Origin: an uncultured Pelagibacteraceae bacterium
GTDB taxonomy: Bacteria; Pseudomonadota; Alphaproteobacteria; Pelagibacterales; Pelagibacteraceae
NCBI GenBank assembly: GCA_902627735.1
Contig: CACOKI010000003.1
Coordinates: 3,788-67,787, forward strand
DNA length: 64,000 bases
Direction: 5' to 3'
This document shows, in pieces, positions 29,223 through 38,571 of the stretch; position 1 is the stretch's first letter, and each line of letters begins with the position of its first letter. The notes under the pieces are model-generated. The model made no database searches. It was not told the origin of the DNA and worked only from the letters and a program-made list of their open reading frames with translations. The translations under genes were made by a program, and so were the position numbers.

Positions 29223-30533
29223 TTAATTTTTTTTAAAAATCTTTAAATCTTTTATTAACAAAAAAGAAAATATTAAATAAAGTCCAGATGTTTGAAACAG
29301 TAATCTATCTAGTGTTACACTTATATACCACTCATATTGACTAAAACCTAAAAATACAACAAATATAAAAGCTAAATTTAAAATTAAACAACTGCTTACA
29401 TACATAAATAATTTTTCATACTTTTTGATAGAAAATAAATAAACTAATAAAGAAAATAAGGTTAATAACCATAGTGGGTATTTTATAAAAGAAATAATTA
29501 TACCTTCAGAAATTTTTAAAATTTTGATAAACAAAATTCCTGGGTTATTTAAAAGATTAAATAGCTCTATCAAATTATTATGTGGAAATCCATGAATTCC
29601 AATCAGATACTTTTGTAAAATTAATTGTAGAATTAAAAGGAAAGCCATGAATAGAAAAAAATATATTTTAGTTAGAAATTTTATATTAATAAAATAAATT
29701 AATAAGAATCCAAAAATTATAAAATAAACAACTCCCTCATCTTTAAACCAGCAATTGATATATAATATTAAAAGTATTAGTGAAATAAGATTAAAGTTTT
29801 TAGGATTGTTAAAATTAATTAATAAAACATATCTGATTGCTATTATGATGATGGTAAAAATTAAATATTCTTGATATCCACCAAATAAATAAGGTTCAAA
29901 AGAAACTAAAATTAAAAATAAAATTAATAATATTTTTAGTTTTTTATTATTAAAACTAAAATTATTGATTATCAAAAAAATTGACAATACATAAAAATAT
30001 GGCTGAAAGAATCTTCCAAAATATTCAAGATTTAGAATTGAATTCTTCCAAAAAAAAGCCCAAATATATGATCCTAAATGTGGATACTCCGGATGAGTAG
30101 GCACATCTTTAATAGATTGAATATCGTAACTATTATAAAAAATGAGCACTTTTTCTAACCACATATGTCCATCAGACTCAAGTCGAAGATTTTGAGCGAG
30201 ATAAGAAAAAATTGACAATACAATTAATGAAAATAAAAAAAATAATGTAATATTTTCATTATCAAATTTTTTACGTAATTTTTTATAGTTAAATAAAATA
30301 AATACGACTGCTAAAACAAAATAAATTTTGAAAAAGAGCATTAAATTAATATTAGTAAAAGAAAGTAAAAGACTTAGGTAAAGAAAGAAAATAATATTTA
30401 TTGTATGAGCATCTATGATATTAAATGTTTTTTTTAATCCTATAGAATTGTTTAAAATTTGTGGTGTAAATGGAAAAGAAAAAACAGTTAGAAATATGAT
30501 TAATTGACAGAGAATTGAAAATATTTCAATCAT
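29223..30533 (-). CDS. Polytopic membrane protein, GT-C glycosyltransferase-like
   Basis: More than 10 TM helices, HPEYPHLG loop, GYQE, KDEG, DRLLFQ; very AT-rich. Confidence 0.55.
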   Translation of the reverse strand: MIEIFSILCQLIIFLTVFSFPFTPQILNNSIGLKKTFNIIDAHTINIIFFLYLSLLLSFTNINLMLFFKIYFVLAVVFILFNYKKLRKKFDNENITLFFLFSLIVLSIFSYLAQNLRLESDGHMWLEKVLIFYNSYDIQSIKDVPTHPEYPHLGSYIWAFFWKNSILNLEYFGRFFQPYFYVLSIFLIINNFSFNNKKLKILLILFLILVSFEPYLFGGYQEYLIFTIIIIAIRYVLLINFNNPKNFNLISLILLILYINCWFKDEGVVYFIIFGFLLIYFINIKFLTKIYFFLFMAFLLILQLILQKYLIGIHGFPHNNLIELFNLLNNPGILFIKILKISEGIIISFIKYPLWLLTLFSLLVYLFSIKKYEKLFMYVSSCLILNLAFIFVVFLGFSQYEWYISVTLDRLLFQTSGLYLIFSFLLIKDLKIFKKN

Positions 30534-30951
30534 TTAGCTCTAATAGGTAACAATTATTATATTTTAGTTTAATTTTGTAGTTACTTAAAAAGTCATATTT
30601 GCCATCAAAAATATTTTTATCATTTTGACTTTGATAATTCAGAATCATTAGAAATTTTGTTTTTTTGGAGTCTGTTTTTATTTTATTAAATAATCTTTCT
30701 GGGGTAACAAAATTCTGATCATTAATGAGATTAATTTCTTCTTTTTCTAAATTAAATTTTTTTGAGGCAAAATTATAAAAACCCCAACTTTCATTTTCAC
30801 AAAAGCCATAGTTTTGTTCCATTCTTTTTTCATAATTCCAATTTAATAATGAATAAAAATTATAAGGAGTATTAAAAAATTTTAATACTATCAGAAAAAC
30901 AATGATAAAAAAAAAAATTATTTTAATTTTATTTCGATCAAGTGATTTCAT
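30526..30951 (-). CDS. Hypothetical protein with N-terminal membrane anchor
   Basis: N-terminal TM, YGFCENESWGF, second Cys near the C-terminus; overlaps the next gene. Confidence 0.7.
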   Translation of the reverse strand: MKSLDRNKIKIIFFFIIVFLIVLKFFNTPYNFYSLLNWNYEKRMEQNYGFCENESWGFYNFASKKFNLEKEEINLINDQNFVTPERLFNKIKTDSKKTKFLMILNYQSQNDKNIFDGKYDFLSNYKIKLKYNNCYLLELND

Positions 30952-30955
30952 TTAT

Positions 30956-32068
30956 TTAAAAACCAAATTTTCTAGCTAAATGTTTTAATTTTCCTTCAGT
31001 ACTATCATAATCAATATAACATCCTTGTAAAAATCTCTCTCCATCTTTAGAGTCAAAAGATGTTCTTCCGTGTAATAAACGGTAATTATCCATCATTAAG
31101 AGATCTCCAGGCATTAATTTAAATTCAATTCTATATTTTTCAGAATTATATAATTCTGAAATTTTATTTCTCGCTGAATAATACAGTTCTAACTTTTCTT
31201 TTTCCATTAACGGAACAAAATCTAGTCTAGGACTAAATCTTACTTGTCTAAATTCTTTATTTTCATCTAATTGTATCATTTCTGCCCAATCTTCTAAAAT
31301 TACATTTTCGTCAACAAATTGAAATCTTACTTTGGTTTGTGTTAAAATTTCATAGTATTTTGAAAAATCTTTTTTAAGTTTTTCTGTAACCGTATAACCA
31401 TCTACTAATGTAGATAAACCTCCTTGAACTTCGTTAGTGATACAATGTAGCATTTGAATACATGGCACAGGATTACGGTAAGGGTTGTCCGTATGTGGCG
31501 CTAGTGGTAATGACGTATATGCTAAATCATTTGGGTTAGGTTTTGATTTAACATCAAAATATTCACCAAAATTCGTTCTTCTAATACTACCAATTGAATT
31601 TGCAAAATTAACAATGAAATTATTTTTAGTTGGAACTTCTTTAAAAATTACAAAACCATATTTGTAAAAACTTACTAAAGCATCATACATTTCTTTTTCT
31701 TCAAAAATATTTTTTTTAAAATAAAAATTATTTAAATCTTTTAATGAAGCATCCCACTCAATCTTTTTGATAAATTTTACCTCATTTTTATTTGAGAATT
31801 CTTTAAGAATGTTTTTTACATTCAATTTAGTATGCGAACCATCATTGAATGTAACTTCTAAAAAATCATTTGATAATTCAAGATGTTTGATTTCCACATT
31901 TTTTTTTAATTCAGTTGGATCAAAAAGTCTTTGTTGCGTTCCTTTATCTACAAATTTTTCTCCATTTACCCTTTCTCTAAGCCAAAAAGGATGAATTTCT
32001 TTTTTTAATCCCTCATTCTCAAAAAAAACTTTATTTTCTAATAATTCTATTTTCATGCTTAATATCAA
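30956..32068 (-). CDS. TauD-family Fe(II)/2-oxoglutarate dioxygenase (gamma-butyrobetaine/trimethyllysine dioxygenase-like)
   Basis: WLRE..TQQRL N-domain, LAYT, HTDNPY, DNYRLLHGR, GCYID. Confidence 0.88.
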   Translation of the reverse strand: MILSMKIELLENKVFFENEGLKKEIHPFWLRERVNGEKFVDKGTQQRLFDPTELKKNVEIKHLELSNDFLEVTFNDGSHTKLNVKNILKEFSNKNEVKFIKKIEWDASLKDLNNFYFKKNIFEEKEMYDALVSFYKYGFVIFKEVPTKNNFIVNFANSIGSIRRTNFGEYFDVKSKPNPNDLAYTSLPLAPHTDNPYRNPVPCIQMLHCITNEVQGGLSTLVDGYTVTEKLKKDFSKYYEILTQTKVRFQFVDENVILEDWAEMIQLDENKEFRQVRFSPRLDFVPLMEKEKLELYYSARNKISELYNSEKYRIEFKLMPGDLLMMDNYRLLHGRTSFDSKDGERFLQGCYIDYDSTEGKLKHLARKFGF

Positions 32069-32122
32069 TGATTATTTAAAATTTTGCTTTAATCAATACT
32101 AATTAAACTGTATTAGTCTCGT

Positions 32123-32929
32123 GTGTTAAAATTAAAATCTTCAGATTATAAAAAGTACTCAAAATTTCTTAGTAATTTAGCTAATAAATTAACTAAATTT
32201 TATTACACAAAGCTTAATAGGCCATTTAAAGTTACCAATAAATTAAAGGGTAGAGGTTACGATCCAGTTACAAGTGCTGATAAAGCCTTTGAAAAATTTA
32301 TAAGAAATCAAATTAGAAAAAAATTTCCCAATCATCAAATAATAGGTGAAGAGCTGGGTAAAAAAAAATCAAAAAGTGATTATTCTTGGGTTATAGATCC
32401 AATTGATGGTACCCGATCATTTGTTATTGGTAATCCAACATGGAGTAATTTAATATCTTTAAATTACAAAGGATATCCAGTTTTAGGCCTTGCAAATTTT
32501 CCAATTCTTAAAAAATATTATTATAACAAATCAGAAAAAAATGCTTATGTTTGTGAAAATGGAAAAAAAACAAAAATAAAAGTTAATAACAAAGTTTCTT
32601 TTTCAAATATAAAATTATCAGCAGGTTTTCATGGGGTACTTACATTAAATCAGCAAAAAAAAATTCCACAAATTTTAAAAAGAATGCAATTTCCTTGCTC
32701 AGATGCTTTAAGTTATTCGCATTTTGCTGAAGGTAAACTTGATGCTGTTCTTCAGTGTGGAAACAAAATCTGGGATATTCACGCTTTAATACCAATCATT
32801 AAAGCTGCTGGAGGTATAGTGACAACTTGGAAAAATGATAATCCAAAAAAAGCTGGAAACATAGTTTGTTCAGCAAATAAAAAAATTCACAATAAAATTA
32901 TAAAAATTTTAAAACCTGTTTCTAAGTAG
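32123..32929 (+). CDS. hisN: Inositol monophosphatase family, probable histidinol-phosphatase HisN
   Basis: YDPVTSAD, GEE, WVIDPIDGTRSF, WDIHAL. Confidence 0.72.
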   Translation: MLKLKSSDYKKYSKFLSNLANKLTKFYYTKLNRPFKVTNKLKGRGYDPVTSADKAFEKFIRNQIRKKFPNHQIIGEELGKKKSKSDYSWVIDPIDGTRSFVIGNPTWSNLISLNYKGYPVLGLANFPILKKYYYNKSEKNAYVCENGKKTKIKVNNKVSFSNIKLSAGFHGVLTLNQQKKIPQILKRMQFPCSDALSYSHFAEGKLDAVLQCGNKIWDIHALIPIIKAAGGIVTTWKNDNPKKAGNIVCSANKKIHNKIIKILKPVSK

Positions 32930-33257
32930 TTTTTCCTAAGGTATTAAGCAAAATTACACCTATAACAATCAAAGCTATTCCAACAATTCCATATAAGTTT
33001 GGTATTTGATTATATTTAAAAACACCAAATAAAGTTACCGCTGTAATAGTTAAACCGCCATAAGTTGCGTAAGTAAAACCTACAGGAATAATATTCATTG
33101 CTTTTGATAAACAAAAAATACAGGCTAATATTGATATTGCACAAAATATAGTTGGACCAATATTGGTAAAACCATTTGTTGATTTTAAAAAACCATTAGA
33201 TGTAACTCCAAGAATAATTCCTAAAAACAAAAAGATGTACCCTGTTAAATTAGTCAT
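32922..33257 (-). CDS. SMR/DMT small transporter
   Basis: 4 TM helices, LKSTNGFT, IPVGFTYATYGG. Confidence 0.82.
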   Translation of the reverse strand: MTNLTGYIFLFLGIILGVTSNGFLKSTNGFTNIGPTIFCAISILACIFCLSKAMNIIPVGFTYATYGGLTITAVTLFGVFKYNQIPNLYGIVGIALIVIGVILLNTLGKTT

Positions 33258-33271
33258 ATCTTAAAATATGA

Positions 33272-33493
33272 TTATTTTGTGATTTTATCTACAAATTTCT
33301 GTATTATAGGAGCAACAATTGTTGTAGCAATCATTGCAACAGGTAAGCTTACAGACCAAGCTTTAAGAAATCTTTTGTAATAAAGCTCATCATAACCAGT
33401 ATTAATAAAGGTAATTATAAGTGTCATGAGTAAACTCATGCCAAGACCCATAAAAAAAATAAATAATAAGTTTGAATATTTTTTTGGAAACAT
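33272..33493 (-). CDS. DUF2798-like small membrane protein
   Basis: FMGLGMSLLMT...N.G...FLKAW. Confidence 0.75.
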   Translation of the reverse strand: MFPKKYSNLLFIFFMGLGMSLLMTLIITFINTGYDELYYKRFLKAWSVSLPVAMIATTIVAPIIQKFVDKITK

Positions 33494-33813
33494 TATTTAG
33501 ACATTGGAGTAGCGCCAGTCTCTAAACTTATAATTTTTCCATCTTTGTATCTATAAACAGCCATCACGGCTTCAACATTGCCGTCATTAAAAGTTACGAT
33601 TGAATGGTGTATGCCAACTTCATCATTTTCATAAACAATTCGTGCTTTATCTTGATTTATATCACCGCTCATAGCCCATTTTACAACATCAGCTTTTCCT
33701 AAAGAATTTCCAGATTTATGCATTGTAAATTTAAAATCATCATGCAAAAGTTCATTCATTGTTGCTTCATCTTTATTTGTTATAGCATCAGTGTATCTCT
33801 TTAATATCGACAT
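33493..33813 (-). CDS. NTF2/SnoaL-like protein
   Basis: LLHDDF, VYEND, KDGKI...ETGAT. Confidence 0.78.
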   Translation of the reverse strand: MSILKRYTDAITNKDEATMNELLHDDFKFTMHKSGNSLGKADVVKWAMSGDINQDKARIVYENDEVGIHHSIVTFNDGNVEAVMAVYRYKDGKIISLETGATPMSK

Positions 33814-33822
33814 AATTTTTTC

Positions 33823-34137
33823 TTAATCAGTAAATATCATTCTCATTTCATCTTGTATTGTACCTTCTTTAAAAACATCTTTCATTTTTTTTTGAAGCTC
33901 AATAAATTTAGGATCAGTAGACATATTTTGATCATTTTCAAACGCTTTGTCTGTAAATTGTTCTCCGACTAAAGTTTCTCTTACTGTTCTAGGATTTCCA
34001 CCAATTTGAAAAGAAAAGTAAACTTCATGATCAGGATAATGTTTTTTTCTTACTTCAGCTAAACCTTTAGAAATTTCCATGGCCTCACCAAGTTTATCAT
34101 CATAAACACCGATAGTTCTTGTATAGATTGCCTTCAT
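33823..34137 (-). CDS. Hypothetical protein (possible dimeric alpha/beta barrel)
   Basis: Clean 104-aa ORF with AAGGAG RBS; fold guess only. Confidence 0.7.
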   Translation of the reverse strand: MKAIYTRTIGVYDDKLGEAMEISKGLAEVRKKHYPDHEVYFSFQIGGNPRTVRETLVGEQFTDKAFENDQNMSTDPKFIELQKKMKDVFKEGTIQDEMRMIFTD

Positions 34138-34152
34138 TTTTACTCCTTTTTT

Positions 34153-34458
34153 TTAATAAGAGTCTGACTCTTCACATATAACAATTGTGCTTTTTGGGTC
34201 AGTAGCTTTTCTTCTTTGAACGACAATTTTCTGATGTTCATCTGAATTATACCAACCTAAAGCTTTTTCCTTATTTGGAAATTCAATTACTACCGTAAGA
34301 GTAGTTTCGTCTCCTTCCTTGACTAATTTTTCTGGAGTTCTTACCAGAAATTTTCCATCAAAAGGTTTTAATGTATCTGCAACTTTACTTGCATATTCTT
34401 TTGCAAACATATCTGGGTTTGTGACTTTTGGAACTGCTACTAAATATGCTTTTTTCAT
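34153..34458 (-). CDS. DUF1330 family protein
   Basis: AYLV, GKFLVR, VIEFP, WYNSDE. Confidence 0.85.
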   Translation of the reverse strand: MKKAYLVAVPKVTNPDMFAKEYASKVADTLKPFDGKFLVRTPEKLVKEGDETTLTVVIEFPNKEKALGWYNSDEHQKIVVQRRKATDPKSTIVICEESDSY

Positions 34459-34473
34459 ATTTTACAATTTTAT

Positions 34474-34680
34474 TTAGCTTTTAAAAAGAGCAAGAGCCTC
34501 ATTTAAAAGTTTTTCAGATTTAGCATGGTCACCAGCTTTGTGTGCATCCATACCTTGATCTCTAAGTTCTTGAGCTTTTTTTATTTTGTCATCAATATTT
34601 TTAGCCATCATTGGACAAGAACCTGCATATGCAGAACTAACAAACAAGACTAGACAAAGTGATAATATTATTTTTTTCAT
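34474..34680 (-). CDS. Small secreted protein with Cys-Pro and HxxGxH motif
   Basis: Signal peptide ending AYA, SCP, AHKAGDH; AAGGA RBS. Confidence 0.75.
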   Translation of the reverse strand: MKKIILSLCLVLFVSSAYAGSCPMMAKNIDDKIKKAQELRDQGMDAHKAGDHAKSEKLLNEALALFKS

Positions 34681-34698
34681 TTTATTTCCTTTCTTAAG

Positions 34699-35073
34699 TT
34701 AATATAAAGTTTGAACTACTTTTTTTACTCTTTCAGCACCATTAGGAATTGAATTAGCTATAAACGAATGACAATCTTCAGTTTTAGCTTTGTCATATTT
34801 AGATCCATAGTATTTATCTACAGCTTTATTAACTCCTTCATCCCAATCTTTTTCTGAGATGCCCACTTCAAGAGCGTATGTTTTCAGAACTTTCACTGAT
34901 GCCATAGACTTTTCTTTCATACTATATTCAAATTGTTCGCCCGACGGTAAGAAGTAGTTAGCCATATAAATTCCACTACATTCCCAAGCTTTAGACTTGT
35001 CACTGTCAGTCATCCCTGCATGAGCAAGATTAAATATTAAGAAAGATAAAATAATTAAGATATATTTTTTCAT
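34699..35073 (-). CDS. Secreted hypothetical protein with two Cys
   Basis: Signal peptide ending AHA; GAGG RBS. Confidence 0.75.
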   Translation of the reverse strand: MKKYILIILSFLIFNLAHAGMTDSDKSKAWECSGIYMANYFLPSGEQFEYSMKEKSMASVKVLKTYALEVGISEKDWDEGVNKAVDKYYGSKYDKAKTEDCHSFIANSIPNGAERVKKVVQTLY

Positions 35074-35129
35074 ACGACCTCAATGTTACCAGTACTTTAG
35101 CTGTTTTGTTACATGTCTGGTATGCGATA

Positions 35130-36131
35130 TTATAACCAGCTAGGTATAGGTAGGTTTTTTTCCTTTAAAAATGTTTTGTTAAACATCTTTGAGTTGTATT
35201 TATCTGATTTATCACAAAGAATTGTAACGATTGTTTTGCCTGGACCAAGTTCTTTTCCAAGTCTAATTGCACCAGCAATATTTACACCACAACTAGTTCC
35301 TAGACTTAAACCTTCATTTTGAATTAAATCATAGAGTATTGGTAGAGACTCTTGATCACTTATTGAAAAAGCTCCATCAATTTGTGCCTCTGCAAAATTT
35401 TTAGTTATTCTACTTGAACCAATACCTTCAGTTATTGATCCACCCTCAGCTTTAAGTTCTCCATTCATTATATGATTATAGAGAGCAGAACCAGTAGGGT
35501 CTGAAAGATAAATTTTAATATCTTTATTTTTTTCCTTTAAGAATTTACTAACTCCACCAATAGTCCCACCTGTTCCTGATGCACAAACAAATCCATCAAC
35601 TTTACCATCTGTTTGTTCCCATATTTCCGGACCTGTTGTTTCGTAATGCCCCTTAGCATTAGCAGTGTTATCAAATTGATTAGCCCAAACAACACCATTG
35701 TTATTTGTACTTTTTAATTCTTCTGCAAGTCTTCCTGCAACTTTTACGTAGTTTCCATCATCTTTGTAAGGTTTAGGGGGCACTAATCTTAAATCAGCAC
35801 CAATATTTCTCAATGTATCTTTCTTTTCTTGGGTTTGATTGTCGTTCATGACAATTATAGTTTTATAACCAAGAGAATTTCCTAGAAGACATAATCCTAT
35901 ACCTGTGTTACCAGCAGTTCCTTCCACCACAATTCCACCCTCGGATATCAACTTTTTTTCTTGAGCATCTTTAATTAAAGCTAATGCCGCTCTATCTTTA
36001 ACTGACCCACCTGGATTAAGGTATTCAGCTTTTCCATAAATATTACAACCTGTAATTTCGGATGCTGCTTTTAATTTTATTAATGGGGTATTTCCAATTG
36101 AATCGATGAAATTATTTTTTGTATTTTTCAT
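35130..36131 (-). CDS. cysK: Cysteine synthase (O-acetylserine sulfhydrylase)
   Basis: IGNTPL, NPGGSVKDR, EGTAGNTG, NQFDN, GTGGT. Confidence 0.9.
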   Translation of the reverse strand: MKNTKNNFIDSIGNTPLIKLKAASEITGCNIYGKAEYLNPGGSVKDRAALALIKDAQEKKLISEGGIVVEGTAGNTGIGLCLLGNSLGYKTIIVMNDNQTQEKKDTLRNIGADLRLVPPKPYKDDGNYVKVAGRLAEELKSTNNNGVVWANQFDNTANAKGHYETTGPEIWEQTDGKVDGFVCASGTGGTIGGVSKFLKEKNKDIKIYLSDPTGSALYNHIMNGELKAEGGSITEGIGSSRITKNFAEAQIDGAFSISDQESLPILYDLIQNEGLSLGTSCGVNIAGAIRLGKELGPGKTIVTILCDKSDKYNSKMFNKTFLKEKNLPIPSWL

Positions 36132-36700
36132 TATTCTTTATCTTCATCTGTAACAGCATAAGGTTTAAATCCTTTTGTAGCATCACCAACTCTTCGAGCA
36201 GGAATACCAGCCATTACTGATTTTTCTGGCACATTTTTTGTTACAACTGAGTTTGAACCAATTAAAGAGTTTTTGCCAATTGTAATTGGTCCTAAAATTT
36301 GAGCACCAGAACCTACAACCACATTATCTTCTAAGGTTGGATGTCTTTTCATATTTCTTTGATCGTTTGAATTAATACTTGGAGCAATTCCACCTAATGT
36401 AACATTGTGATAGATAGTAACATTGTTGCCAATTTCAGAAGTTTCTCCAATAACAACACCCATGCCATGATCAATAAACAAATTTTTTCCAATTTTTGCT
36501 TTTGGATGTATTTCTATTCCTGTTAAAAATCTTGAGAATTGAGAAATAATTCTTGCAACTAAATCAAATTTTGCGATAGCAAAAAAATTTGCAATTTTAT
36601 AGAAAAAAATAGCTTTAATACCTGGGTAAGTTAAGATCAAACTTAACTTAGATTTTGCCGCAGGATCTCGGTCAATTATAGATTGCAAAAAATCATTCAT
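36131..36700 (-). CDS. cysE: Serine O-acetyltransferase
   Basis: RDPAA, TGIEIHP, FIDHGMGVVIGET, KRHPT. Confidence 0.95.
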   Translation of the reverse strand: MNDFLQSIIDRDPAAKSKLSLILTYPGIKAIFFYKIANFFAIAKFDLVARIISQFSRFLTGIEIHPKAKIGKNLFIDHGMGVVIGETSEIGNNVTIYHNVTLGGIAPSINSNDQRNMKRHPTLEDNVVVGSGAQILGPITIGKNSLIGSNSVVTKNVPEKSVMAGIPARRVGDATKGFKPYAVTDEDKE

Positions 36701-36783
36701 TTTTTTTGAGTTTTCTAACAGTTGATTAAAAAAAGTATATACTTTATATAGTAGTCATATACGTAATTTAAAGAGGGTTAAAA

Positions 36784-37194
36784 ATGTACAAAAATACAAA
36801 CTGTTTTCATTTGGCAATTCCATGTGGAGATTTAGAAACAGCAAAGAAATTTTATAGTGAAACACTTGGCTGTAGACTTGATAACGCTGCTCAAGAATGG
36901 GCAGATGTTGATTTTTGGGGAAATGAATTAACACTTCATGCAAGTGAGCACAAACTAGATAATGAAAGACATGATGTTGATATGGGGAATGTTTCTGTTC
37001 CTCACTTTGGAGTTCATTTATCTAGAAAAGATTTTGATGCTCTTAAAAAAAGATTAAAGGAAAAAGGTGCGAAATATTACGATGAGCCTTATTTAAGATT
37101 TAAAGGCACAAAGTATGAGCAAGAAACTTTTTTTGTTAAAGATCCTAACGAAAACATTTTAGAGATTAAAACATTAACTGCAAACGCAGAGTAA
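36784..37194 (+). CDS. VOC/glyoxalase family protein
   Basis: FHLAIP, DFWG, VPHFGV, DPNENILEIK. Confidence 0.9.
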   Translation: MYKNTNCFHLAIPCGDLETAKKFYSETLGCRLDNAAQEWADVDFWGNELTLHASEHKLDNERHDVDMGNVSVPHFGVHLSRKDFDALKKRLKEKGAKYYDEPYLRFKGTKYEQETFFVKDPNENILEIKTLTANAE

Positions 37195-37206
37195 ACTTAG
37201 ATTTGG

Positions 37207-37821
37207 ATGGAATTCCTAATCTTAGGATTCTTTACTGGACTTAGTTTAATTTTAGCTATAGGTGCACAAAATATCTTTGTAATAGAGCAGGGTTTAAAAA
37301 AACAACATATCTTTTTAGTTTGTTTTATCTGCTCTATATCAGACTTAATCTTAATATTTTTAGGAATTTTTCTTTTTCACTATTTCATTCAGTATTTCAA
37401 TCATACAATTGAATTAATTTTCAATATTCTTTTAGTAATTTTTTTAATTTATTTTATTTATTCAAAAATCAGATCTTTTAATTCCAAAGTAAATTTTAAC
37501 AATGAAATAATAGATATTTCAAAATTTAATATATCTTTAAAGACACTTGGTTTTACTTATCTAAACCCTCATGTTTATTCAGATACTGTTTTCTTTTTGG
37601 GAAATTTTTCAAAAAATTTTCTTCTAGATGAAAAAATTTATTTTGGAGCGGGAGCATCAATAGCATCTTTCGTGTTCTTTTTTGGGTTAGGCTATCTATC
37701 ATTATTTTTATCAAGATATGCTCAAAAAGAGAAAACATGGAGGTATATAAATTTATTTATTATTAGTTTTATGACTGTGCTTACATTGTATATTGTTAAA
37801 GAGACATTATATTTACTTTGA
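37207..37821 (+). CDS. LysE/ArgO family exporter
   Basis: LILAIGAQN, TYLNPHVYSDT. Confidence 0.9.
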   Translation: MEFLILGFFTGLSLILAIGAQNIFVIEQGLKKQHIFLVCFICSISDLILIFLGIFLFHYFIQYFNHTIELIFNILLVIFLIYFIYSKIRSFNSKVNFNNEIIDISKFNISLKTLGFTYLNPHVYSDTVFFLGNFSKNFLLDEKIYFGAGASIASFVFFFGLGYLSLFLSRYAQKEKTWRYINLFIISFMTVLTLYIVKETLYLL

Positions 37822-37890
37822 AAAATCAGACATTTTAAAGACAATTTTAGCGCATAGTAATTTTTTTTTAAGTGTTTATTTAATTCTTAT

Positions 37891-38568
37891 ATGAGTGACT
37901 TAAATAAACATTTTGAACCCAAAAATTTTAGTGACAAGGTAGCTTTATCTTTCACAAAATTTTTGAGATTTTTGGCAGATACTTTTTTTAAAAAAAGATA
38001 TGGTCATAGAGCAGTTGTATTAGAAACTGTCGCTGCTGTTCCTGGAATGGTTGCTGGAATGTTAATTCATCTTAAATCTTTGAGAAAAATAGAGGATGAT
38101 AAAGGATGGATAAAAACTTTACTAGATGAGGCAGAAAATGAAAGAATGCATTTAATGACATTTATTCATATTGCCAAACCAACTGCAATAGAAAGATTCA
38201 TTATTATGATTGCTCAATTTATATTCATTGTAACTTATGCACTGATTTATATAATTTCTCAAAGAACTGCACATAGAATTGTTGGATACTTTGAGGAAGA
38301 AGCAGTAATAAGTTATACTGAATATTTAAATGAACTTGAGGCTGGAACTATTCCAGATCAACCAGCACCAGAAATTGCAATTAATTATTGGAATTTACCA
38401 TTACACGCTACTTTAAAAGATGTTGTTAAAGTTATTAGAGATGATGAGGCTGGTCATAGAGATGTCAATCATACATTCGCAGATTTAATAAATATAAAGA
38501 AAAATAAAGAATCAATTAATAAAATTAACAAAGAAAAAAAAGAAAGTGGCGAAGAATTATTAGATTAA
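37891..38568 (+). CDS. aox: Alternative oxidase (ubiquinol oxidase, di-iron)
   Basis: [37 protein letters not shown]. Confidence 0.95.
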   Translation: MSDLNKHFEPKNFSDKVALSFTKFLRFLADTFFKKRYGHRAVVLETVAAVPGMVAGMLIHLKSLRKIEDDKGWIKTLLDEAENERMHLMTFIHIAKPTAIERFIIMIAQFIFIVTYALIYIISQRTAHRIVGYFEEEAVISYTEYLNELEAGTIPDQPAPEIAINYWNLPLHATLKDVVKVIRDDEAGHRDVNHTFADLINIKKNKESINKINKEKKESGEELLD

Positions 38569-38571
38569 TTA

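Noticed and set aside
32922-35129. Integron cassette array for the small-gene train
   Set aside because: Spacers are too short for attC sites, and I saw no repeated inverted cores or integrase.
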